Part shown: piece by piece, positions 38,453 through 49,679 of the stretch | Layout of the letters: the number at the start of each line of letters is the position of its first letter | Position numbering within the stretch: position 1 is the first letter of the stretch | Assembly: GCA_024704765.1 (NCBI GenBank) | Contig: JAKMXF010000339.1 | Span: 161,555-225,554 of the forward strand | DNA length: 64,000 nt | Direction of reading: 5' to 3' | Source: Oopsacas minuta | Lineage: Eukaryota; Animalia; Porifera | Notes under the pieces: model-generated | Seen by the model: only the letters and a program-made list of their open reading frames with translations | Told to the model about the DNA's origin: nothing | Database searches by the model: none | Position numbers and translations under genes: made by a program

Positions 38453-39319
38453 TATGTTGCCTATTTTACAAATTTTCATATCTTTGTTTATGTTTCCTAT
38501 TTAGAATAACTATTTTGTTACATTTGAAGAAACTATATGTATCATACCTTTTTGATATTTCACATCTTATAGAGGTTGCCTTTATTTTATAATGACGCCA
38601 TAAGCCCGTAATCTTCTTCTATTTCTAGTTTTGCGATCAACTCAAATTTCTATTCTAAAACCTCGATATGATATTCTCCATAATTCAGATATCATTAGTT
38701 CCTCTTCCCTTAGGGACATGTTCTGTGATGTTTTTGCCAAAAAACAAAGTGCGATGAGGCCCTCCCCATTGAAGTTAACAAATATTGAAAACGTCTCCCG
38801 TATCGAAGAACGGGAGACGTTTTCAGGCGCCATTAGAAATGCTCTAAAGATTAACTATTTAGCATTGACCAAATTTTTTAGACTCAATATTTGTTATTAT
38901 GTATGATAGGACTGGTTAGTGAATTTGAGGTTAGCGAGGTGTCATGTACCATAGAATCAAATTTAGTAATTACAACGAAACTAACTGAATCATTACTAAA
39001 TCGATGTTTAGGATTATTTATCTTCCAGTACTCCACATAACCTTTCAATTGCATGACCAATAAATTGGGACGTCCTGTCAAACGCAGGACAGTTGACGAG
39101 TATATCACTGACGCATTGAGCAGGTAACCATTATCAAGTGTTCATTGCAATGGGAATTCGGAGGAGGAAGCTTTCACATAACCGTTATGTACACTTTACC
39201 ATTAGTATGTATACAGAAGTTGCCATCAATTTATGTCAAATTTGACTGTACTACTATACTATCTATATTATATATTCTCATTGTTGTCTGTTTCTTTCTT
39301 TCTTTGTTTGTCCGTTGTC

Positions 39320-40500
39320 AAATTAAGGGAGAGCGGTCTCTAGCATGAATATACGAATATGCCCCTGAAGTGTAGTGTCCTATAGGGATAGGTTCTCTAT
39401 GCTGTCGCATATTGAATACGTGAAATACTCGGAATTTTGCTAGCTTTGATTTGAGTAAATGAGAGGTGAGTTTATGAATTAAAGAAGAATGAGGTTTACC
39501 AGTCATTTCACCAAAAGGCATGGACTTAATTAATGGGTATTCTTCGAATTAAAATCTTTAGATTCACTGAGAAAGACAGCTGCTTTTGAGACACAAATCA
39601 ACTTCCATTTCATAATATCTCTAGTTGTTCTCATTGCAAGACCATGTGTGTAGGAAATCTCTATAGAGTTTGTACCAATATATTCGCCGATTTCAATATT
39701 TTACTTGCGCTCTGCCTTACTAGCCAATTCTCTGAAGTCCAATCTACCCTTAGTATTTCCTAATATGTTCAATTCTTTCTGAAGTCTGGAAGAGATTTTG
39801 GAATTATTTGTTATGATATTTTGTAGTATTCACAGGTCTTTTCGTGATCTCCTAACCCTGATCATGAAGCAGCCATTCTAAATTGAATTTTGCCAGCAGT
39901 GGTGTCAAGTTTCACGGCAGTCTCTGCATCTGAGAGAGATCTTTCAAAATGTTCCAACTGGATATAGCATTGAGCTCGATTGCTCCAATAGACATGATTG
40001 ACCTTGCCTATATCAATTGAGAGGGTATAGCAACTGATTGCCCTTTCATAGCTCTCTGTTTTGTAGTATTCGTTTCCTTCCTTCTTGCAATCATCCTCAG
40101 ATATTAATGGATATAATCTTGTTTCTAAAATCACAATAACTTCATCTGGAGATTCTTGTCGAATATATATATATAAGGATCTATCAGAATCTAGGCATAA
40201 TTCGACTATAATTGTTATATCGTGACCTCGAATGTTGACTAAAGTTCATTGCATCTAGGATTCTTTCTTCCTGGCTTTGGCTAAATGTTTTATAATTATC
40301 ATGATAATTCCATGTAATACGAAGGTAAATCTCATCTGTATGCTTCGCTCTCTAAACTTTGGCTGATCTTGGACGAAACAAAACCTACATGTTTCAGTAT
40401 TTTTCCTAGTCTAATATTTCTTTTGGGATAAAACGAAGAGCGGGATCACCTAAACTTTTTCCATAACTTTGATTTAGAATCAAAGTGGCCACCAACAATT
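39320..40500 (-). pseudogene. TPR + SET-domain protein pseudogene
   Basis: IRQESPDEVIVIL, then TPR helices (KKEGNEYYKTESYERAISCYT...YWSNRAQCYIQLEHFERSLSDAETAVKLD...S*SGLGDHEK). After a frameshift comes EYIG..IEISYTHGLAMRTTRDIMKWKLICVSKA, like the SET N-terminal GxGLxATRDIxxG motif. Multiple stops. Confidence 0.6.
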
Positions 40501-40552
40501 ACCCAGCCATCAATACAATTTTCGATTCGTATTCGAAATAGACAATTGCATC

Positions 40553-41002
40553 TATATTTCCTAAAGGCCTAGCTATTGATAAATCATATGGAGATGTATA
40601 TATTAGCGACTACCTTAACAACATCCGCATTCAGATTCTCTCCAGAACCTTCATAAAGGTTCTCAGTTTGGTAGTGATATTATGGAAAGACCATGTGATA
40701 TGAAACTCAATAATGACGACATTATTTTACTGGATAAGTCAAATTCTTGTCTTCGCATTTTCAACAAAGATGTAGTTCTACAGAAGAGTATCATTTCAAT
40801 ATGAGAGGTAGACCAAATGATAACTCCCAGGTTCGTATTTCTAGACCACCTTGATATCATTCTAATCTCAGATAATGATTCAAATAGTATTCTTATTCTC
40901 AATTCGAAATTTAAATTTGTCCCCAAATTCTTCATTATCTTTCCAATGGGACTTATTATGAATGATAAAGATAGAAATATTGTTATGTGTCGAAACTGGT
41001 AG
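40553..41002 (+). pseudogene. Divergent decayed NHL-repeat gene
   Basis: FPKGLAIDKSYGDVYISDYLNNIRIQILS / QFGSD..ERPCDMKL / FLDHLDIILISDNDSNSILILNSKF...FPMGLIMNDK, with frameshifts and stops. Confidence 0.75.
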
Positions 41003-41064
41003 AAATATTTACAGATTTCTAATTCTGTGATGTAGTTTCTACTTTGAATGGTCAAATTATATTG

Positions 41065-41620
41065 TATGTAACTTGTTTGTACAAATAATATTGTCAGGGG
41101 AGTTATATTTGATATAATGGAATCGTTACAGGGACATCGCTAGGATTCTAAACCTACGAGGGCAAATATATTACCAGGGGATTCATAGTTACCAGAGGGT
41201 AAGACGAGGGGCAAGGTGTTTTCATGGGTTTAGCAGGAGGCATGCTCAGTGATGGATCTATATATTTTTTGTTGGGTATAACTATCCAGCTGGGCCGTGG
41301 CGTCGTGTGGCTTTGAATCTGGTTTGCAACAAGTTCTTGGTGAGGCTCCATGGGCGTTGTATACAATCAGTAAGGTCGCGGAGGGAAAGCATCTTAAGAA
41401 ATATTGTTTGGTTTGCGATTAGCCCAGAAAGTTGACATTTTGCTTGTTCCTTGGAGTAATAATGAAGAACTTGGTAAATATTGGATGGCCCGGCACCCAG
41501 TCACATTTAACACGACGGCACTGTAGTCGGGGTCTGGGAGCGCTTTAAGTCTTCCAGTGGACCATTACAGTGGGTCGTAGTCCTTGGACAACCAGCAATA
41601 TATGCTACCACATTAATTAT
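41065..41620 (-). repeat. Copy B of the unknown decayed coding-like block
   Basis: Homologous to ~15696-16250 and in the same position relative to the downstream NHL gene. Confidence 0.55.
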
Positions 41621-42253
41621 TTTTCTATTGTTTTGTCTGTTTGAAATTGATTCAATTTCTCACAACTGTGTAAACACATTTGGTTTGGAATATTTGACCA
41701 TTTACTATATATGAAAAAATGGATACATTTGATCAGATAATACTAGAGATTACATAATATTGAGTGAAAATTGCAAGCGAAGCGAGCCGAAATGTTACAG
41801 TCTGCCAATCAAGCCAAAGGGATGACATCTATGCCTCCCCGTTGCCACGTTTCTGTGTTGCCTTACTAATGGGAAGGAATCGTACATGAGAAATCCCACG
41901 TGGGGATAGCCTTAGGAATTCGGTGTAATGGATATCAAATCTAAATCCCATTACAAACCTTAAGTGTCTTTATGCATTGCTTGGGAGGACTAGTTAGGAC
42001 GGACACACCGAATATTTGCCTACAGATCAAATCCCCTCTAAAATATACTTGGACAATTACATATTTATGAATGTCAGAGAAAATCGGAATATACTGTATT
42101 CTATTTGAATTCATATAATTATATAAATTTGATATCTCTCTGTATAGGTCTCTGTATTGATTTGTATTTATAGTTAGAGCTCATTACTTATAGTCAAATA
42201 GATAAGTTATATTATTTGAATTATTTCATTATTCTATTTACAGAACTGAACTA

Positions 42254-43117
42254 ATGGCTACAGCTAATACTTTAGAGAGAATATTCTCTGTAGACTATAA
42301 GAGCAAGATACAACCTATAGTCAGTGTTTGTAAACTGGGAGAGAGGCTAGAAAATCTCATCGGACCTAGAGGAGTAGCTATTGATAATTCTACTGGAGAT
42401 ATCTATGTAGCAGATTGGCTGAATAATTGTGTTAAAGTATTCGATTGTAATGGCCAGATTATGTTTAAATTTGGAGATGAGGAAGGAGAGGGAAAGATGT
42501 ATCGTCCAGTTGGGTTAGCTATATGTAGAGATAGAATTCTGATTCCACAAAAAAGCCACTGTATTTTGAGTTATCAAATGAATGGAGAGTTTATTTCTAG
42601 AAAAGGGAAACGTGGGAAAGGAGATTTGGAATTTGATTATCCTCATGGTCTGACATTTGATGAATCTAACGGAGAGGTATACATATGTGATTCTAGAAAT
42701 CATCGTATTCAGATACTGTCCCAGGAACTTACCTTCAAGGCACGGTTTGGACAAGATAACCTCAAATACCCTCTTGATGTTAAACTTACAAAAGAATTCA
42801 TTTATATTCTTGATCAATCTAATCTTTGTCTTCATTTGTACAACTACAATCTTATTCTACATAAGAGTTTTATTCCTGCAGGAGATGGAATAGAGCTGAT
42901 TTTTCCATATTTCTTCTGTTTTGACAATTCTAACAATATTCTTATTACTGATTTTTCTAATATCTCTTCTTCTTGCTCTATTTCTATATTCAACTCTCAA
43001 TTTGATTTAATACACAAGATATCTATAGCTTATCCTTTCGGTATTACAGTAGATAACAGAGGAAGAGTTATTGTAGTTTGTCCAGGAGGTGAAATACCCC
43101 GTCTCAATATATTTTGA
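42254..43117 (+). CDS. Short NHL-repeat protein, paralog 8
   Basis: Intact 287-aa ORF. Confidence 0.88.
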   Translation: MATANTLERIFSVDYKSKIQPIVSVCKLGERLENLIGPRGVAIDNSTGDIYVADWLNNCVKVFDCNGQIMFKFGDEEGEGKMYRPVGLAICRDRILIPQKSHCILSYQMNGEFISRKGKRGKGDLEFDYPHGLTFDESNGEVYICDSRNHRIQILSQELTFKARFGQDNLKYPLDVKLTKEFIYILDQSNLCLHLYNYNLILHKSFIPAGDGIELIFPYFFCFDNSNNILITDFSNISSSCSISIFNSQFDLIHKISIAYPFGITVDNRGRVIVVCPGGEIPRLNIF

Positions 43118-43490
43118 TAATTTTTTTTATTTTCCGGTATACTTACACTCGTTTATGTTTCCTTTATAGAATAACTCATTTGTTACACTTCATTAAAACT
43201 AAGCTATTTCTTATAAAACTTGGTGAAAAGTTGGCTCCCGCATTTCACACCTTAAGTGGCTCTATGTATCGCATGGGGGGACAAGTTAGGACTACCATAT
43301 CAAATATGAATATAAGAATAGCAGAATATACAGTATTCTATTTAAATTCATATAATTATATAAATTTGATATCTCTCTGTATAGGTCTCTGTATTGATTT
43401 GTATTTATAGTTAGAGCTCATTACTTATAGTCAAATAGATAAGTTATATTATTTGAATTGTTTCATTATTCTATTTACAGAACTGAACTA

Positions 43491-44345
43491 ATGACTACAG
43501 CTAATACTTTAGAGAGAATATTCTCTGTAGACTATAAGAGCAAGATACAACCTATAGTCAGTGTTTGTAAATGGGGAGAGGAATTAAGATTTCTTGATGG
43601 GCCAGAAGGAATTACTATTGATAATTCTACTGGAGATATCTACGTAGCAGATTGTTGGAATGATTGTGTGAAAGTATTCGATTGTAATGGTCAGATTCTG
43701 TTTAAATTTGGAGATGAGGAAGGAGAAGGAAAGATGAATAGTCCAGTTGGGTTAGCTATATATCGAGATCGAGTTCTAATTACACAACGTAGCCACTGTA
43801 TTTTGAATTATCAAGTGAACGGAGAGTTTATTTCTAGAATAGGGAAACCTGGGAAAGGAGAATTGGAATTTGATTATCCTCGTGGTCTTACATTTGATGA
43901 ATCCAACGGAGACGTATACATATGTGATGCTAATAATAATCGTATTCAGATACTGTCTAAAGAACTTATCTACAAGACACATTTCGGAAAAGATAACCTC
44001 AGAATTCCTCTTGTTATCAAACTCACAAACGAATTCATTTATATTCTAGATCGATCTAATCCTTGTCTTCATCTGTACAACTATACTCATATTCCTCATA
44101 AGAGTATTATTTCTGGAGGAGATATATTACAGCTGATTTATCCATATTACTTCTATATTGATAATTCTAACAATATTCTTATTACAGATTCTTCTTATAT
44201 CATTTCATCTGGCTCTATTTCAATATTCAACTCTCAATTAGAATTGATACACAAGATACCCATAGATTATCCTACCGGTATTACAGTAGATAACAGAGGA
44301 AGAGTTATTGTAGTTTGTTATGGAGGTCATCTCAATATATATTGA
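43491..44345 (+). CDS. Short NHL-repeat protein, paralog 9
   Basis: Intact ORF (MTTANTLERIF...). Confidence 0.88.
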   Translation: MTTANTLERIFSVDYKSKIQPIVSVCKWGEELRFLDGPEGITIDNSTGDIYVADCWNDCVKVFDCNGQILFKFGDEEGEGKMNSPVGLAIYRDRVLITQRSHCILNYQVNGEFISRIGKPGKGELEFDYPRGLTFDESNGDVYICDANNNRIQILSKELIYKTHFGKDNLRIPLVIKLTNEFIYILDRSNPCLHLYNYTHIPHKSIISGGDILQLIYPYYFYIDNSNNILITDSSYIISSGSISIFNSQLELIHKIPIDYPTGITVDNRGRVIVVCYGGHLNIY

Positions 44346-45188
44346 TAATTTCCATTTTACTAATAATCATTCAATCATTCATGTTCCCTTTAGAATTATC
44401 AGTTGTTGTATTTGAACAAATTGTACTATTTCATATTTTGTATTATTCCTCTTTGTTTAGACTTCAGAGGATGCCAATAAGCCATAAGCCCGGACTATCC
44501 TTCAATTTCTACCTTGCGATTCACGTTACTCTCCTTTAGGGAGATGCACTGTGTTGTTTTGCCAAAAAAAAGGAAATGTGATGAGGACGCTTATCATTAA
44601 AGTTAATGTATTTCTTATAAAACGTTTCCAGGATAGAAGTAGGACCCACAAACGCCCCAAATTACTACTGGAGATACTTTAAGGATTAACAATTCAACTT
44701 TGACCTAATATTACCTTTTTTGTATAGTATTTTTGCTGCATTTATTGCACACAGGGCATTACAGTAACACGCTTGATTTATGATTCAGGAGAGGAAAGTG
44801 AAGCGCTTCTATTCAATTGCAAACAATTTACAAATTTTATCGTTATTCTGTATTAACTTTAGTATTTTTGCTATACAAATATGATGATAAGACACTTTTG
44901 TATAATCTACAATTTATTGAATGGTTTGACTTTACACAATTAGCAATTTCCTGAATCTACAATTGTTAAATTCATTCTTAATAACTTCAACTAATCAATG
45001 TAATTCAATCTCTATTGTTGTTTGTCTGTTGTCGAGGAAAGGATTTACGGTATCCAATTTTGATATTGTCACCTAACTATGCATTTATCGTGTTTATCAA
45101 GTAAATATCATTCAATGAAACTTCACTAAATATATTGAACATGCTGAATCCGATTTACACACTCTTGGATTAATCATATGTAAATTTA

Positions 45189-45859
45189 CAGTGGTGTCCT
45201 GCTGTGGGCAGGGGGAGCGCCGCTCCCATACTTTTTAACAAATCAAATTGGCAAGTAACAATTTGTACTATACCTGATATCTACAGTAGCATGCAATCAA
45301 TATTTGAAATCAATTGAAATTTGTTCCAAATATAATTAAGTCGAGTTGAGAGAGCAAATGTTTACTTTATAGCGCCGTGAATATATCGTAGAAGTTATTC
45401 CATGCAACTCATCTGAATGCGAAAGGGGGTTCAGTTAAATGAATATCATATTGGATGAGAAACTAAACCGGCTTACAATAGAACACGTTTCTTCTTTGCT
45501 GTTTATCCAGATTAATGGTCCACCACTGACTATTCGGAGACCATTAGAATATTCTATATCTTGGCTCTTGCACCATACTTCAGCAACAGATATCCATGGA
45601 TTGAAATCCAAAATTTCTGAGCCCCATAAACAAGAAGAAATTTGGAAGTATTATTAGTTAAATAATTTTGGGTACTCAATCACTTGTTAGAACTCTATTT
45701 TCAGATTTACTACTAAACCTTTGATATTATTCATATCTTATCTTTTAATTCAATTACCGTATATTGTTTGAATTTTGTATTAGAAATTAGGATATATTCA
45801 ATTGAATTTAAAATTTGAAATACCGCTCCCATACTTATAATTAGAGAAGGACATCCCTG
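45189..45859 (+). mobile_element. Non-autonomous hAT deletion derivative (KIAA1586-like family) with 8-bp TSD
   Basis: Imperfect TIRs cagtggtgtcctgct / agaaggacatccctg. TSD taaattta (45181-45188) / taaatata (45860-45867). The empty site is present in the mirrored arm (~24900). It carries the transposase tail MNIILDEKLNRL. Confidence 0.88.
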
Positions 45860-47045
45860 TAAATATATTGTTGTTGTTTTTATCAATATAAAGTAAACAA
45901 ACTAGCAAAATTTCAAAATTTTACGTAGATACTTGTCTCAATGGCTACAAAAGAGGTTTGATCTTACAAAATAATCCAATAATATACATGCAATATTCGT
46001 ATATTCATGAATTGTATTGTTCTAAATGTATCTATATTCTATATTATGTTACTCAAAGGGGCCGTCAATTTGGAGAATAATGGATATCTAGAGGGCAGAA
46101 TGTGCCGAGTTCATTGCGAAGCGACGAGCCAAAATGCTCGTATTAGTTAAAATGTCAACAAAACATATATTTTAGAGGGAATTCAGTTAATATCTACACC
46201 TATTTACACTTCGGGTTTGTGTCGGTTGGGTTCTGAAATGTGGACCCGATTCCAACTCTGGCTCCAACAATTGAGGAGCGTTAATGCTCTGTATTTGGTA
46301 ACCAATTCTATTAATCTCTAAAAGTTATAATTGGTACATTTTGACTCGAATAGATGTATTAATGATAATGAATATTAAATACTAGCTAAATGATCAAACT
46401 TATGTCGGGTCGAGATGACGTCATCTGATTTATAAACAGAGAAATATGTGGTAAAATACGTACCATTTGTCAGTTGTGTGATTATACAATATACTCCGCT
46501 TAATAGGGCAACAGAACTATGCAATTAATGCAAATAGTGATATTATTCCGGGGGTATAGGAAATCGGGTATTTACTACAAATTGGTTATACTGATTTGAT
46601 AAGAATTTCAAAAATTATTGGGTTATAATTGGATACTAGCGTGCTTCGCTTGCTAGGGCAGAAGTATACCCGAAATTTCCCCATATTTTAACAAATGTAT
46701 GAAACAACTACATTTGTCAGTGCTTTTGGGTATCTAAGCGACTGGACATACTTAGTACTACGTGCCTTGAGGTAAATTTTTGTGAATTTGTTAATATCCA
46801 TGGTCATTCCAAATTTCATTTAACGGCCCTCTGTGGTAACAATGGAGCTCTTACGTGGTTTTTGCTTATCTGAATTATGGGGAATATCGTATCGCGGTTT
46901 TAGATTAGCAATTTGAAGTTAATAGCAAAATCAGAAATATAATATATAATATGGGAAGAGTATAATTTGTACAAATGTAACAAATGAGTTATTCCAAAAA
47001 AGAAAACATAAACAACTGTAAGTATACTGTAAAATAGAAAAATTA

Positions 47046-47891
47046 TCAAAATATATCGAGATGAGTTTGCTTGCCTCTACAGACTACAATAACTCTTCCT
47101 TTGTTATCTACTGTAATACCAGAAGGATAAGCAATAGAAATCTTGTGTATCAATTCAAATTGAGAGTTGAAAATTGAAATAGAGTTAAAATAATAATCTG
47201 TAATAAGAGTATTGTTCGAATTGTCGATATAGAAGTAATATGGATACATCAGCTGTAATCCATATCCTCTGGATATCAAACTTTTATTTAGAATAAGATT
47301 ATAGCCGTACAGATGAAGACAAGGATTAGATAGATCAAGAATATAAATGAATTCTTTTGTAAGCTTAACATCAAGAGGAGATTTGAGGTTATCTTGTCCA
47401 AACTGTGTCTTGTAGGTAAGTTCTTTGGACAGTATCTGAATACGATGATTATTATAATCACATATGTATACCTCTCCGTTAGATTCATCAAATGTCAGAC
47501 CACTAGGATCATAAAATTCCAATTCTCCTTTCCCAGGCTTCCCAATTCTAGAAGTAAATTTCCCATTAACTTGATAATTGAGAATGCAGCTTTGATGTGT
47601 AATTAGAATTCTATTTCCAAATATAGCTAACCCATTTGGATGATACATCTTTCCCTCTCCTTCCTCATCTCCAAATTTAAACATAATCTGACCATTATTT
47701 TCGAATACTTTCACACAATTATTCCGACAATCTGCTACATAGATATCGCCTGTAGAATTATCAATAGTCACTCCTTGTGGATTATTAAGATCTTCTAATC
47801 CCCTTCCCCAATTACAAACACTGACTATAGGTTGTATCTTGCTCTTATAGTCTACAGAGAATATTCTCTCTAAAGTATTAGCTGTAGCCAT
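47046..47891 (-). CDS. Short NHL-repeat protein, paralog 10 (identical protein to paralog 4)
   Basis: Intact ORF, inverted copy of 22881-23726. Confidence 0.88.
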   Translation of the reverse strand: MATANTLERIFSVDYKSKIQPIVSVCNWGRGLEDLNNPQGVTIDNSTGDIYVADCRNNCVKVFENNGQIMFKFGDEEGEGKMYHPNGLAIFGNRILITHQSCILNYQVNGKFTSRIGKPGKGELEFYDPSGLTFDESNGEVYICDYNNHRIQILSKELTYKTQFGQDNLKSPLDVKLTKEFIYILDLSNPCLHLYGYNLILNKSLISRGYGLQLMYPYYFYIDNSNNTLITDYYFNSISIFNSQFELIHKISIAYPSGITVDNKGRVIVVCRGKQTHLDIF

Positions 47892-48438
47892 TAGTTCAGT
47901 TCTGTAACTAGAATAATGAAACAATTCAAATAATATAACTTATCTATTTGACTATAAGTAATGAGCTCTAACTATAAATACAAATCAATACAGAGACCTA
48001 TACAGAGAGATATCAAATTTATACAACTAAATGAATTTAGTATATTCCTCTATTCTTATATTCATATTTGATATGGTAGTCCTAACTTGTCCTTCCATGG
48101 GATACATAGAGCCACTTAAGGTTTGAAATTGGAATTACTTATTGATTCTCATTAGCACATAATTCTCTATGGGAATTCTTTGGATTTCCCCGCATGGGAT
48201 CTCTCACATGAGAATCGTTCCTATTTCCCACAAGATATCCATAAGATTCCGTCTCATTCCTAAGTCAACCCGAGGGACGTCTCCACGGGGGGTATAGTGG
48301 GCTATATCCCCCTTGGCAAGATCTCGTGCCCCCGGTTATCCCCTTGGCACAATGTGCAAACTGTTAAATTTCGCTTCCCTTTGCTCGCATAACAATTAGA
48401 AATGTCAACTCATGGGAAAATACAAATGTAATTAAAGG

Positions 48439-49141
48439 TCAATTATCAATATTAGAAATAAAACCAGTAACAAATTCTGTAGTCTTGTTACGAATAACTG
48501 TAGTAGTTCCTGGAGAATTAGAAGTGGGGTTTAAGTGATGGGAGGAAGTTATACGTCTGCGGTATGCCTCCCGTTCCTGTGGTTTTTCACCTGGATCTGG
48601 TGTCACTGTACGTCGAGGGAGTGGTTCGACAAAACGATATAGTGCGATGCTGCATTAGGGAGATTACCACCCTTAGCTTCGTGAAGTGGCGGACTTGGAT
48701 CGAACAGTTGTTCCATTAGTACTGCCCAATGAACTCATCAAATATATGAACTCGTTCGAACGAGTACCCTTCAAAACAGCTGTCTCCAGGAGGTTTCTTG
48801 TAGAAGGATTGTCCGAATCCACGAAGAGTTGTAGGAGTTTTTCCAAGTCATGTGAAGCCACACATATACAACACTTGGGATTGGGCTGAATGGCTTTGAC
48901 TTTGAATATATGAACTCATACTTTTCTGGCTGCTCCCAGATGAGATCAAAATAGAATTATCCGCGACGAGTCCCTGATATATATATATTTATATATCGGC
49001 TTTCTTTGGAGTTTGGACGGCGAGGGGAATTCTTCTTGTGATTTTGTAACTGGTGGGGGATTTTCCCACTGATCATACTACGAGCCCATTTGAGTATAGT
49101 CAATGGCGGGATGGATGTGACAGGGGAGACAGGTTCCTGCA
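48439..49141 (-). pseudogene. rep: Endogenous CRESS Rep relic, copy 4 (mirror of copy 1)
   Basis: Near-identical reverse complement of 21631-22333. Confidence 0.85.
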
Positions 49142-49264
49142 GACAGTCAGAGTATCATAAGACAGCTATAGTCCGAGCTGATGAATTTCTGTAAAGAATG
49201 AAAAATATACAACCATATATACTCTGTCGGATGAATCATACCATTTTCGGACAGAGTTTATTCC

Positions 49265-49317
49265 AATAGGCAGAAACTAGCATCAGGCACAAAACTTGAT
49301 GCTAGTTTCTGCCTATT
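49265..49317. other. Mirror copy of the 21-bp-stem hairpin
   Basis: aataggcagaaactagcatca-ggcacaaaact-tgatgctagtttctgcctatt. Confidence 0.6.
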
Positions 49318-49679
49318 TGAAGTATTTAATACCGCACTGCACTGTTTTGGCCATGTGATCGTATCAACAGTGTGGGAATTTAGCATATTCTGGACCATTA
49401 TAACAACAGTGTAATTGGCTTTACTATATTGTCTTTCAATAATTAATGCCCCCTTACACATACAGTAATGTGAAATTCCATAAAAGATTATTTCATTATT
49501 TTTCAACTTACTCAGGGATGTGGAAAAGAGTAGTAAAAGGAGCTAGAATTCAATACTGAGGCTTTTAGACGATTATTTAATATAGAATCGTTTGGCAAGA
49601 ATGGCTTGCTGACTCTTTATAATGTACTGAAACCATTTTTGTCTACTTTCTCTTTGTATAATTGGAAAATTCCTATTAC

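Noticed and set aside
6559-47606. Recurrent ORFs MMNLTERY..., MSKLCLV... and MKTRIR... overlapping the NHL genes
   Set aside because: These are alternative-frame or antisense shadows of the paralogous NHL CDSs. They recur only because the host sequence is duplicated, and they have variable stops.
16894-47891. Retroposition as the origin of the intronless NHL copies
   Set aside because: No poly(A) tails or TSDs; the copies share hundreds of bp of both 5' and 3' flank, indicating DNA-level duplication.
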